Below the pieces are notes generated by a model. It was not told the DNA's origin and searched no databases. It saw only the letters and a list, made by a program, of their open reading frames with translations. Below, piece by piece: positions 12,227 to 20,216 of a stretch of DNA of 36,742 nt (positions within the stretch are counted from its first letter, which is position 1; every line of letters starts with the position of its first letter). Source of the stretch: a virus; the IMG/VR virus record IMGVR_UViG_3300001487_000076, positions 1 to 36,742 of that record. One strand, written 5' to 3'. Made by a program: the position numbers and the translations under genes.

Positions 12227-15091
12227 ATGGACAAGAATAAATATAATAGCGTATATATACTTAGTGTCGAAGCAAAAGACCTTTATGCTGCAAAAAAATA
12301 TGTCAATCCAATACTCGATGAACAAACAAATAATATTATTGGATATGTTAATATGAACCTTAAACATTGGAAGAATACACTTGATTTTAGCCTTGACCTT
12401 GTTAAACTCCGTGAAGTAGCATATAAACATTATCGTAATAGAAAATCTTTTTTCTTTGATAAAGATTTGAATAAGGAATTTACTCAACGTGTAATAAACG
12501 TAGACTTTAATTTAGCGTACAAAGAATGGAATCGTCATGGTGACATTTATATTCGTAACGGCTATGGAATGGCTGACATAAAAAGTGTGGGTAAATTTGG
12601 AGATAGAACGTTTTACAAGGATGGTATTTGCATTGGTATTAAAGTAGGAAATATAACAGACGAAGATAATAATGTTGTATGGGAAAACATTCCAAAATAC
12701 TTTAAGTATGAAAAAGAAAACAAAGTAATTAAAGTTGATAAAACGATTCCTACGCTTATGAGCAGAAGCGAACTTAGGCACGACCTTTATGAAAACGGCT
12801 TTATATGTAATGGCATAAAGTATGTTAGATATAAGCGTTCTTCTGGAAGTAGTAGGGTGGGTAAATGTTTGTTTATTGACGAGGAACTTTATCCTGTTAT
12901 GCATGAATGGGAACTATGCGGTCTTAATATCAGAGAGGGAGATAAGATAGACCTTGCTGCATTTGAAGCGTACATTTCATTACCATCAAGTAGTTGCATT
13001 GATACTCTTGAAATAAAACCAGAGAACATTCTTGTTATAGACGATTTTGAGTCTGTGTTTGAAGATGATGTTGTAGCAGTCTATGGCGAAGGAGAAAACT
13101 TTGTGGCTAAAGAAGAACGTGCTACAATTAGGAACAGTATTTGGGATGGACAGAGCCTACTTGACATCAGTATGTATAGCGAGTATTATACAGACAAAAC
13201 TATGTTGCTTCTTAGAAACAGATTCTTTAAAAGTGCTTGCTTTAAGACTAAGATACAGGATTGGTTTAGAGACAATAATATTACTGACGTATCTCAGCTT
13301 AAAGGTTATACCAGAGCAACCTGCATAGAGGATATTAAACTTATTACTACTCCGTCCAGTATTAAGTATGTAAAGTTTGGCACAATTGAGCAATGGCTTG
13401 ACAATCTCTATCCGACTTTCGGGATAGTGAAGTACGAAAAGCCAACTAAGTATCTTGACGGTAGAATGGTTCAGTGTCACTATCAACTCTTAAATTCATT
13501 GCAGTTGACCAGAGAGGATATACAAGAATTGATACAACCCAATTTCGACTATCTTAATCTAATTCGTAAAGACCCAGCCGTCATGAGGTATCATTTGAAA
13601 TACCCATATTCATTAGCTGACAATGATGAACCTTGTTATACGAGAGATGAAGTTGTTATGAAAGTAATGGGAATGAATAGTAAGTTCGTAGACACGAAAC
13701 TTTATAATGAGTTTCGCAGAAAACTTACCGAATCTATTCTCAAAGAATATCGTAAGGGTCATATCTGGGTTAGTGGCAATTACGAGACTCTTATAGGCAA
13801 TGGAGTGGAAATGCTTCAATCAGCAATCGGAATATTTAACGGGGAAAGCGTTCTTGGTGTAGGTAATGTACATACTAAGAGATTTGATTATGGTACAACA
13901 ATTCTCGGAACTCGTTCACCACATATTAATTCAGGAGATGTTTTGCTTGCCAATAACGTAGAGAGTGATATAATAGACAGATACTTTGTGTCGAGCAGCG
14001 AGGTTGTTCATATTAATAGTATTGGCGAAAATATACTTCAACGCTTACAAGGAGCAGATTTTGATAGTGACTCTATTCTTCTTACCGACAATCAAATACT
14101 TATTAATGCCGCTCGAAAAAACTATCATACATTCAAAGTGCCTACGAGTTTCATAGAAGCTAAAAAGATTCAATGGACATATGATAGTAATTCAAAAGCC
14201 AAGCTGGACATTAACACAAGTGTAAACCTAATAGGTCAAATCGTTAATCTTTCACAGTATCTCAATTCGGTTATGTGGGAACGTATATACAATGATGTGA
14301 GTGATGGCGTAAGCAATGAAATTGCTATAAAAAATCAATCTGCGTTATATAATGACATTTGTATTTTGTCGAGTGCTTCGGGTGCGGAGATAGATAAAGC
14401 TAAAAAAACGTTTGATGTAAATACTTCAAAAATGCTCAATATGCTTAAAGAACGGTATGGTGTTTATACAAAAGTCAATGGCAAGGACAAGTTTACAAAA
14501 CCACTATTTTTCAAGAATATTACAATTAACAATGGATATTCTCTTAATCCCAATCATTACTTTAGAGCGTTTGAGACATCTATGGATTATTTACAAAAAG
14601 CGATTAATGGATTTAGAGCAGACAAAATTAAAGTCAAGAATTTACCGTTTTGTGAAATAATCAAGCCCATTGATATTGATTGGAATAAAGTTGGCACAAC
14701 TCAATATATAAAAGTAAATCAGGTAATAGATAGTATTAAAGAGTGTCGAAATCAAATTAGGCAATTGTACTCTGATTATAGTACCAAATCAAAAGATGAA
14801 AAAATAATAATTACAAATGAGGTCAACTTGGTTCGTAATAAATGCGTAGATATAATTTCAAGTAAAAGATATATTGACGTTGAATTATATTTGCTTCTTA
14901 AAGAAATAGATAAAAACAAAAATGCTGGATATTCAAGAACTATATTTGACATTTTGTTCTCTACAGGAAACGCAGACCTCTATAACATGATAAGAGATAC
15001 GTCCGATGGCATTTACAAAATTACAAAGAAAACAAATGATAATTGTGTAGTGCTTTTTGAGAATTTATATTTCAAACAAAAAATAGGCTAA
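12227..15091 (+). CDS. YonO / QDE-1-like single-subunit two-barrel RNA polymerase (954 aa)
   Basis: Track ORF 12149..15091, trimmed to the ATG at 12227, which follows AGAGGTGACAAAA. TRSPHINSGDVLLANNVE, about 27 aa, then LQGADFDSDSILLTDN (nt 13913-14092) mirrors the catalytic DPBB layout RSPxxxPxD...GGDxDGD of cellular-type RdRPs/YonO and NADFDGD of beta-prime. KYVRYKRSSGSSRVGKCLFIDEELY resembles the second conserved RdRP block. Confidence 0.65.
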   Translation: MDKNKYNSVYILSVEAKDLYAAKKYVNPILDEQTNNIIGYVNMNLKHWKNTLDFSLDLVKLREVAYKHYRNRKSFFFDKDLNKEFTQRVINVDFNLAYKEWNRHGDIYIRNGYGMADIKSVGKFGDRTFYKDGICIGIKVGNITDEDNNVVWENIPKYFKYEKENKVIKVDKTIPTLMSRSELRHDLYENGFICNGIKYVRYKRSSGSSRVGKCLFIDEELYPVMHEWELCGLNIREGDKIDLAAFEAYISLPSSSCIDTLEIKPENILVIDDFESVFEDDVVAVYGEGENFVAKEERATIRNSIWDGQSLLDISMYSEYYTDKTMLLLRNRFFKSACFKTKIQDWFRDNNITDVSQLKGYTRATCIEDIKLITTPSSIKYVKFGTIEQWLDNLYPTFGIVKYEKPTKYLDGRMVQCHYQLLNSLQLTREDIQELIQPNFDYLNLIRKDPAVMRYHLKYPYSLADNDEPCYTRDEVVMKVMGMNSKFVDTKLYNEFRRKLTESILKEYRKGHIWVSGNYETLIGNGVEMLQSAIGIFNGESVLGVGNVHTKRFDYGTTILGTRSPHINSGDVLLANNVESDIIDRYFVSSSEVVHINSIGENILQRLQGADFDSDSILLTDNQILINAARKNYHTFKVPTSFIEAKKIQWTYDSNSKAKLDINTSVNLIGQIVNLSQYLNSVMWERIYNDVSDGVSNEIAIKNQSALYNDICILSSASGAEIDKAKKTFDVNTSKMLNMLKERYGVYTKVNGKDKFTKPLFFKNITINNGYSLNPNHYFRAFETSMDYLQKAINGFRADKIKVKNLPFCEIIKPIDIDWNKVGTTQYIKVNQVIDSIKECRNQIRQLYSDYSTKSKDEKIIITNEVNLVRNKCVDIISSKRYIDVELYLLLKEIDKNKNAGYSRTIFDILFSTGNADLYNMIRDTSDGIYKITKKTNDNCVVLFENLYFKQKIG

Positions 15092-15120
15092 AATCGCCAA
15101 GTGTTAATATATATAACTTT

Positions 15121-15154
15121 AAAAAACCGCTATATATAGCGGTTTTCTTGTTTT
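15121..15154 (+). terminator. intrinsic terminator after the RNAP gene
   Basis: aaccgctata/tatagcggtt forms a perfect 10-bp palindromic stem (15125-15144), followed by ttcttgtttt. Confidence 0.8.
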
Positions 15155-15241
15155 AAGATAGTACCCAATATGGAGAGATATACTTCCCCTTTATATCATA
15201 TCACATAATTGCTGTAAAGTCAATAGATGTGGTAAATAATT

Positions 15242-15466
15242 TTGAAAGTAGTGAATAAAAAAATGATTAAAGTTACCAAAGCACAGGCTGAGTACATAAG
15301 AAAAAAACTTAATGATAACAGAGTAGAACTTCCTGTTGTTAGGACAATGGCTTGGAAATCTAAGAGGCATAATTATTATGCTTGTGAAGATACCAGTATA
15401 ATCGAACTTATAAACGAGTTTAATTCTAATTTAGTTGTAACAGAGACTTACGGCACAATTGGTTAA
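15242..15466 (+). CDS. hypothetical small protein (74 aa; the start may instead be the ATG at 15263)
   Basis: Track ORF with a TTG start. The ribosome-binding site is weak for both candidate starts. Confidence 0.45.
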   Translation: MKVVNKKMIKVTKAQAEYIRKKLNDNRVELPVVRTMAWKSKRHNYYACEDTSIIELINEFNSNLVVTETYGTIG

Positions 15467-15521
15467 TATCCTTTGTTTTCAAAGGGCGGTTGGATAACCG
15501 TATCAAATTATAAAGGTGGAA

Positions 15522-16259
15522 ATGGCTATGGCAAAGAAGAAGCCAGAAACAAAAATAGAAGAAACAAGTAACGAACTCGAAGCAGCCAATGGTGAGCCGA
15601 ATACTGGATATGGTATGCAAACCGTTATGAGTATAGGTCTTGCAGAACGGCTTCAAATTGAAGATATGCACGATAGAGTTCTTTATCTTGATGGCGAGGT
15701 TAATGATGATATTCTTCGTACAATTATTATGCAAATATGCAAGATAAATGGAGAAGATTACGGAAAACCAACTAACAAAAGGAAACCTATAACTCTTATT
15801 GTTAATTGTTGCGGTGGCAATACGATGATTGGAATGGCACTTGTCAATACTATTCAGAACTCTACTACTCCCGTTATTGGTGTATGTCTTGGGGTTTGTG
15901 CTTCAATGGCGTTTGGAATTTATGCAGTTTGTCATAAAAGAATGTCTGTTCCCGATGCTGTATTTATGGTTCATGATGGATATGAGTTTTGTCCGTGGAC
16001 AACTGCAACTAAGGCACAGGATTGGGCTAAATTCTCGCCTCGCCTTACTGAGAGATATAATAAAGCAATTGCATCCAGAACAAAGTTTACAGTAAAGGAA
16101 CTTACGGAGATAATGCCACATGACACTTGGTTCTTTGCAGATGACCTTGTTGAAATGAACATGGTTGATAGTATTATAGGCAAGGATATTGACCTTGAAA
16201 CTATTTTTTCATTTATTAGTGATGGTGAATGTAATTGTGGCTGTGAGGAACAAGTATGA
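15522..16259 (+). CDS. ClpP-family serine protease homolog (245 aa)
   Basis: Track ORF 15516..16259; I prefer the ATG at 15522. It aligns by eye along the ClpP core: VLYLDGEVNDD..., ITLIVNCCGGNTMIGMALVNTIQ, GVCASMAF (Ser), FMVHDG (His), PHDTWFFADDLVEMNMVDSII (Asp). Confidence 0.75.
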   Translation: MAMAKKKPETKIEETSNELEAANGEPNTGYGMQTVMSIGLAERLQIEDMHDRVLYLDGEVNDDILRTIIMQICKINGEDYGKPTNKRKPITLIVNCCGGNTMIGMALVNTIQNSTTPVIGVCLGVCASMAFGIYAVCHKRMSVPDAVFMVHDGYEFCPWTTATKAQDWAKFSPRLTERYNKAIASRTKFTVKELTEIMPHDTWFFADDLVEMNMVDSIIGKDIDLETIFSFISDGECNCGCEEQV

Positions 16260-17680
16260 CAAAGAAAAACGATAAAGTAAAAATTGAAATGGTTGGCAAA
16301 TCAGCAGATGGTGTAACTGGTTCAATGTATTATATTACTTTTAACGACAAACAAATCTTATTAGATGCTGGCTTGTATCAAACAAGTGGAGATGATATTC
16401 TCAAACAGTACAAGGTCAATCATAGAAATTACAAAGTTCCTTTTTCTAATCTTAATGCTGTGGTTATCAGTCATTTTCATACAGACCATTGTGGGCTTAT
16501 CCCCTACTTGTTTGCTCGTGGTTATCGTGGTAGTGTTTATGTTCCTAAAGGCAATAAACCACTTGCTCGTGTTATGTGGGAAGATAGCCTTAAAATATTT
16601 GAGAGCGATTGTATAAAACTTGAAAGGCGATATGGAATCAACACAGCTCCATTATACACACAGAAAGATATTGAAATTGCTCTTGAACATTTAGTTGAAT
16701 TACCATTTGGCAAGACCACTTTTTTATTTGATGACCTTGCTATAAAGTATTACCACGCAAGCCATATAATAAATGCAGCACAAGTGCATTTAACATTTAG
16801 GTTGGGAGAGACAATTAAAACACTTGGGTTTACAGGCGATATAGGTTCGGATATTAAAAAGGATTATCTTTTACCGTATGAACGACTCCCCTACTGTGAT
16901 GTATTACTGGCTGAGTGTACTTATGGTGGTAGTCACAAGACACATAAGCAGAAAGACAGAGACAAAGACCTTGAAAAAATAAAGTGTGTGGTCGACCAGT
17001 GCTGTCAACACGACACTCAAAAGGTTTTATTTGGCTCGTTCTCACTCAATAGATTACAGGATATTCTAACAACACTGTATAAGATATATGGCGATGATGA
17101 AACGTTTGCAACGCCCATAATAATTGACGCACCACTTGGTATGAAAATATCTGCCTTATGGGATGGGATTATAGAGAAAGATTATGACCTGTGGAAGAAA
17201 GTGTCGGCATGGAAGAACATCGTGTGGGTTAATACTTACGAAGAATCTCAGGAGTGGCAAAAGCTAAAAACTTCTCAGGTAATTATTAGTACATCAAATT
17301 TTTTAAAGAACGGACGAGTAGTTTCTTGGCTTAAATCTATATTGCCAAATGAGAACGCTCGTGTGATGCTGTGCGGTTACGCTGGTGATGAAGATAGCGT
17401 TGCCTATCAAATTCAGCATAGTAAGAAGTGGGTGACAATAGATGGTGAGCGTGTGAGAAGCAGAGCTAATATAATACAGCTTACATCATTTTCAAGTCAT
17501 GCTTGTAGAAGTGAATTATTACAGAGATATACCAATGCACAGTATAACAAAATTTACCTTGTTCATTCTGAGGGCAATGGCAAACAGGAATTTGCAAAAA
17601 TGCTCCGTGACAATTTAAGTAAGGCAGATAGGAGTGCAAAGGTTCACACGCCAGTAATGGGCGATAAGATAAGTTTTTAA
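16256..17680 (+). CDS. metallo-beta-lactamase fold, beta-CASP-type nuclease (RNase J / CPSF73 / SNM1-like, 474 aa)
   Basis: VISHFHTDHCG carries the HxHxDH motif. The C-terminal LTSFSSHACRSELL resembles beta-CASP motif B/C (SxHA). The start overlaps the ClpP stop as ATGA. Confidence 0.7.
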   Translation: MTKKNDKVKIEMVGKSADGVTGSMYYITFNDKQILLDAGLYQTSGDDILKQYKVNHRNYKVPFSNLNAVVISHFHTDHCGLIPYLFARGYRGSVYVPKGNKPLARVMWEDSLKIFESDCIKLERRYGINTAPLYTQKDIEIALEHLVELPFGKTTFLFDDLAIKYYHASHIINAAQVHLTFRLGETIKTLGFTGDIGSDIKKDYLLPYERLPYCDVLLAECTYGGSHKTHKQKDRDKDLEKIKCVVDQCCQHDTQKVLFGSFSLNRLQDILTTLYKIYGDDETFATPIIIDAPLGMKISALWDGIIEKDYDLWKKVSAWKNIVWVNTYEESQEWQKLKTSQVIISTSNFLKNGRVVSWLKSILPNENARVMLCGYAGDEDSVAYQIQHSKKWVTIDGERVRSRANIIQLTSFSSHACRSELLQRYTNAQYNKIYLVHSEGNGKQEFAKMLRDNLSKADRSAKVHTPVMGDKISF

Positions 17681-17716
17681 AAAAATGCGATTATGTGGAA
17701 AAGGAGAGAAATAAAT

Positions 17717-17896
17717 ATGGCGAAATCAAGTATCGTAGAAAAGAACGCAATAACCATAAAGGGTATACTTGGTATTAATGACAATATAATTGTTGTTGAA
17801 CTTGAAGATGGACAGGCAGTTGAACTTGCATCTATTCTCAGTCATTTTGATGGTGCTGATGTAACAATCAGTGTTTCAAATACTGTAGAGAGATAA
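17717..17896 (+). CDS. small protein (59 aa), possibly YonK-like
   Basis: Track ORF 17693..17896, trimmed to the ATG at 17717, which follows AAAGGAGAGAAATAAAT. The pattern ITIKGILG...VVELEDGQAVELASILSHFDGADVTISV resembles my recollection of SPbeta YonK. The family call is tentative. Confidence 0.55.
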   Translation: MAKSSIVEKNAITIKGILGINDNIIVVELEDGQAVELASILSHFDGADVTISVSNTVER

Positions 17897-18076
17897 TGGG
17901 GAGGAATTTTTATAAAAGACAAGTTTACTAAAGAGCAACTTCGAGCTATCTATGAAGTTTGTTCTAAAAAAGAATTTTATAAAGATTGGAACGAAGTAGC
18001 TGATATACTTAATAAGCGTTTCGGAACTGAATATTCTGAGAGCTGTTTTAGAAAGGCGTGGCAATATTTCGACAGA

Positions 18077-19108
18077 ATGTATTCTGCTTGTAAGGATATA
18101 TTCACATCAAGCAATGATGCTTGTAAGGAATTGGAAATTAAGAGTCGTGAGCTTCGCAAAGAACGAATGAAGTTACAGACTGCAAACTTAGAGCGAAATC
18201 GTCTTGACCGAAATGAAGCAAGACAGGAACTTTATTATGAGCAGATAGGTTCTTTGTGCCAGACTTTGCCTGTACCAGAGTTCGTTCCCTATTGTGGTGA
18301 CACAAAGAATGGTATAACCTATGTGGTTGCGATAAGCGACCAGCATTATGGAGCTACATTTGAAAGTGAACGAAATGCATATTCGCCAGATATTTTTAAG
18401 GAAAGACTTGAATATTTAACTGGTAAATTAATTTCATTTATCACAAACAAAAGGGTGAACAAGCTGGTTGTAACTTCTCTGGGGGACAGCCTACAGGGTA
18501 TTCTCAGAATGTCTGACCTTGCAATAAACGATACTGCTGTTGTTAAAGCGGTTGTTGATTATAGCAGATTAATTGCTCAGTTTCTAAATGAGCTTTCTCA
18601 ATATGCTGATATATCTTATTATCACGTTCCTACTGCTAATCATACTCAGATTAGACCTTTAAACAGCAAGGCGAGCGAAATAGCTACTGAGGATTTGGAA
18701 TATGTTATTGGTAACTATATTAAAGATATACTTACAAGCAATCCAAGAGTAACTGTTAATCTTGCTGACAACGGTAAACAGTATATAAAAATCGAAGATG
18801 TATTTGGGTTTGACGTTTATGCTTTGCACGGACATCAAATAAAGAACCCAGAGGGTGTAATTAGTAATTTGAATACCCTTATTAATTCAAATGTTGATGC
18901 TGTTCTCATGGGGCATTATCACGGTGGTAAAGAGACTACAGTTGGAGAAGGGGTTACACATGATTACGAGGTTTTAATAGCTCCATCGTTTATTGGTTCT
19001 GACCCATACTCGGATAGTTTATTTACTGGTTCAAAAGGAGCTGTAAAGATTTATGGCTTTGATGAACTTTATGGTCATACAGAGTCTTATAAAATAATAT
19101 TAAATTAG
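18077..19108 (+). CDS. calcineurin-like metallophosphoesterase (Mre11/SbcD-type fold); the true N-terminus probably lies about 60 codons upstream
   Basis: Motifs seen are VVAISDQHYG (DxH), SLGDSLQG (GD), TANHTQ (GNH-like), ALHGH and GHYHGG (GHxH). The frame is open and protein-like from 17897, but the first canonical start is 18077 (see findings). Confidence 0.7.
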   Translation: MYSACKDIFTSSNDACKELEIKSRELRKERMKLQTANLERNRLDRNEARQELYYEQIGSLCQTLPVPEFVPYCGDTKNGITYVVAISDQHYGATFESERNAYSPDIFKERLEYLTGKLISFITNKRVNKLVVTSLGDSLQGILRMSDLAINDTAVVKAVVDYSRLIAQFLNELSQYADISYYHVPTANHTQIRPLNSKASEIATEDLEYVIGNYIKDILTSNPRVTVNLADNGKQYIKIEDVFGFDVYALHGHQIKNPEGVISNLNTLINSNVDAVLMGHYHGGKETTVGEGVTHDYEVLIAPSFIGSDPYSDSLFTGSKGAVKIYGFDELYGHTESYKIILN

Positions 19109-19121
19109 GGTGGTGATTGAT

Positions 19122-19544
19122 ATGACCATATCAGAATCTATGTGCAAAGAGTACAATGAGTATAATGAACTTATATCTGAATTTGTACGTTCTGCAATGG
19201 AAAACGGTTCTGTTTTTCTTATAGTGAATTGGCAGGATGCACTTGGCGTGTGTCAGTTGCTTAATACTTTTACCATTAATGGCAAAAGTGTTGTTATGAA
19301 GCGTGAGTTTGCGGACGAAGCGTATGCTGAAATTGAAGAAGTCAAACAGTATGACGGCAATATGCTGATTACTTTGTTTGATGACGGAGAAATGATTTGC
19401 GAAAAGGCTTTAAGTGACGAGTCTGCGTATGTGGATGACGGTGTGTATTTTGTGGAATATAGTGCAAAGGATTTTGTTTTACCTTTACACGCAAAGGTTG
19501 TGCCGTTTAAAATTAAAACTCAGATTTTTGAGAATGTATTTTGA
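19122..19544 (+). CDS. hypothetical acidic protein (140 aa)
   Basis: Track ORF 19110..19544. I prefer the ATG at 19122, 8 nt after AGGGTGG. Confidence 0.6.
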   Translation: MTISESMCKEYNEYNELISEFVRSAMENGSVFLIVNWQDALGVCQLLNTFTINGKSVVMKREFADEAYAEIEEVKQYDGNMLITLFDDGEMICEKALSDESAYVDDGVYFVEYSAKDFVLPLHAKVVPFKIKTQIFENVF

Positions 19545-19569
19545 CTTTAAGTCGGCAATAGTCGACTAA

Positions 19570-19957
19570 AATAAAGTTCTTCCCAAAAGAGAGGGAAGTG
19601 AAATATATCTGTACACCCCGAAAGGGGTGATGAGTGATGAGCTTGGCAGTAAAGCGTTGTTACAGAGGATAGCAAAGTATTCAGTGCAAATCTGGAATCA
19701 CTCACCAACGTACCTACCACGCCTCTGTTGCAAGCGTACCACGGTAGGTCTTTTAAGACACAGCTCTTTACGAGCACTTTATGATGTTGAAAGGTTGTCA
19801 AGGCTTGCTTTGATAATCAATAATCAATGAGCCTTGCAAGCCTCTGTTATGCCTACAAGCTGACTACGCAAGGACTTTTATGGTTGCCACAACCTAATGT
19901 GGAAAGGCAAACCTGCACATTGGTAGGCTACGGACAAGTAGCAAACCAGTGCATTAC
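19570..19957 (+). ncRNA. candidate structured RNA domain immediately 5' of the tRNAs
   Basis: It is a chain of stable stems: cttccc/gggaag (19579-19598), cacccc-GAAA-ggggtg (19614-19629), long-range tgagtgat/atcactca (19631-38 with 19697-704), acctacc/ggtaggt (19712-49), aggcttgc/gcaagcct (19801-43), ggttgcc/ggcaaacc (19882-913) and gcac..tggt/acca..gtgc (19915-52). The two track ORFs here lack ribosome-binding sites. Confidence 0.35.
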
Positions 19958-20033
19958 CACGGAGTGGAGAAGTGGCTAACTCACCAGATTTTCATTCTGG
20001 CACTCGCAGGTTCAAATCCTGTCTCCGTGACCA
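19958..20033 (+). tRNA. tRNA-Glu (anticodon UUC), CCA encoded
   Basis: Manual cloverleaf. The acceptor stem is cacggag/ctccgtg. The D arm is gag(a)-agtggcta-(a)ctc. The anticodon stem ccaga/tctgg carries the loop ttTTCat. The variable loop is cactc. The T arm is gcagg-ttcaaat-cctgt, followed by discriminator a and cca. Confidence 0.8.
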
Positions 20034-20142
20034 ACGAGCATTATGCTCTACTCGCTGTGCGAGGCTCTATTTTAGAGTAAACGTTCCCGATAATACGTTG
20101 CTTAGCCACCTTTATGGTAAATCGGTGTAAAAAGAGCTATGT

Positions 20143-20216
20143 GGCAGTTTGGTGAAACGGTATCATATAAGGTTCATACCCTTATGTTCCAAGTTCAACT
20201 CTTGGGGCTGCAACCA
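20143..20216 (+). tRNA. tRNA-Met-type (anticodon CAU; could be Ile2 if lysidinylated), CCA encoded
   Basis: Manual cloverleaf. The acceptor stem ggcagtt/ggctgca has G1-A72 unpaired and two G-U pairs. The D arm is gtga-aacggta-tcat. The anticodon stem taagg/cctta carries the loop ttCATac. The variable loop is tgtt. The T arm is ccaag-ttcaact-cttgg, followed by a and cca. Confidence 0.7.

Noticed and set aside
12200-13819. Minus-strand track ORFs inside the RNAP gene (12200..12487, 12512..12904, 13157..13486, 13613..13819). Similar antisense ORFs lie inside other large CDSs, for example 26428..26835, 31028..31465 and 32816..33106.
   Set aside because: They are antisense to long CDSs supported by motifs and ribosome-binding sites. 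They have Ile/Phe/Asn-rich translations typical of AT-rich antisense frames and no ribosome-binding sites.
15209-15238. Promoter-like TTGCTG-18-TAAATA (with TGn) upstream of ORF 15242..15466.
   Set aside because: The hexamers are weak. The predicted start site would fall inside or after the TTG start proposed by the track. It is mentioned only as a degenerate relative of the promoter family and is not listed as a feature.
19547-19830. Track ORFs 19547..19801 (-) and 19627..19830 (+) in the region upstream of the tRNAs.
   Set aside because: Neither has a Shine-Dalgarno sequence. They overlap each other on opposite strands and run straight through a chain of stable hairpins next to the tRNAs. 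Their composition is unlike the neighbouring genes. I treated the region as noncoding structured RNA.
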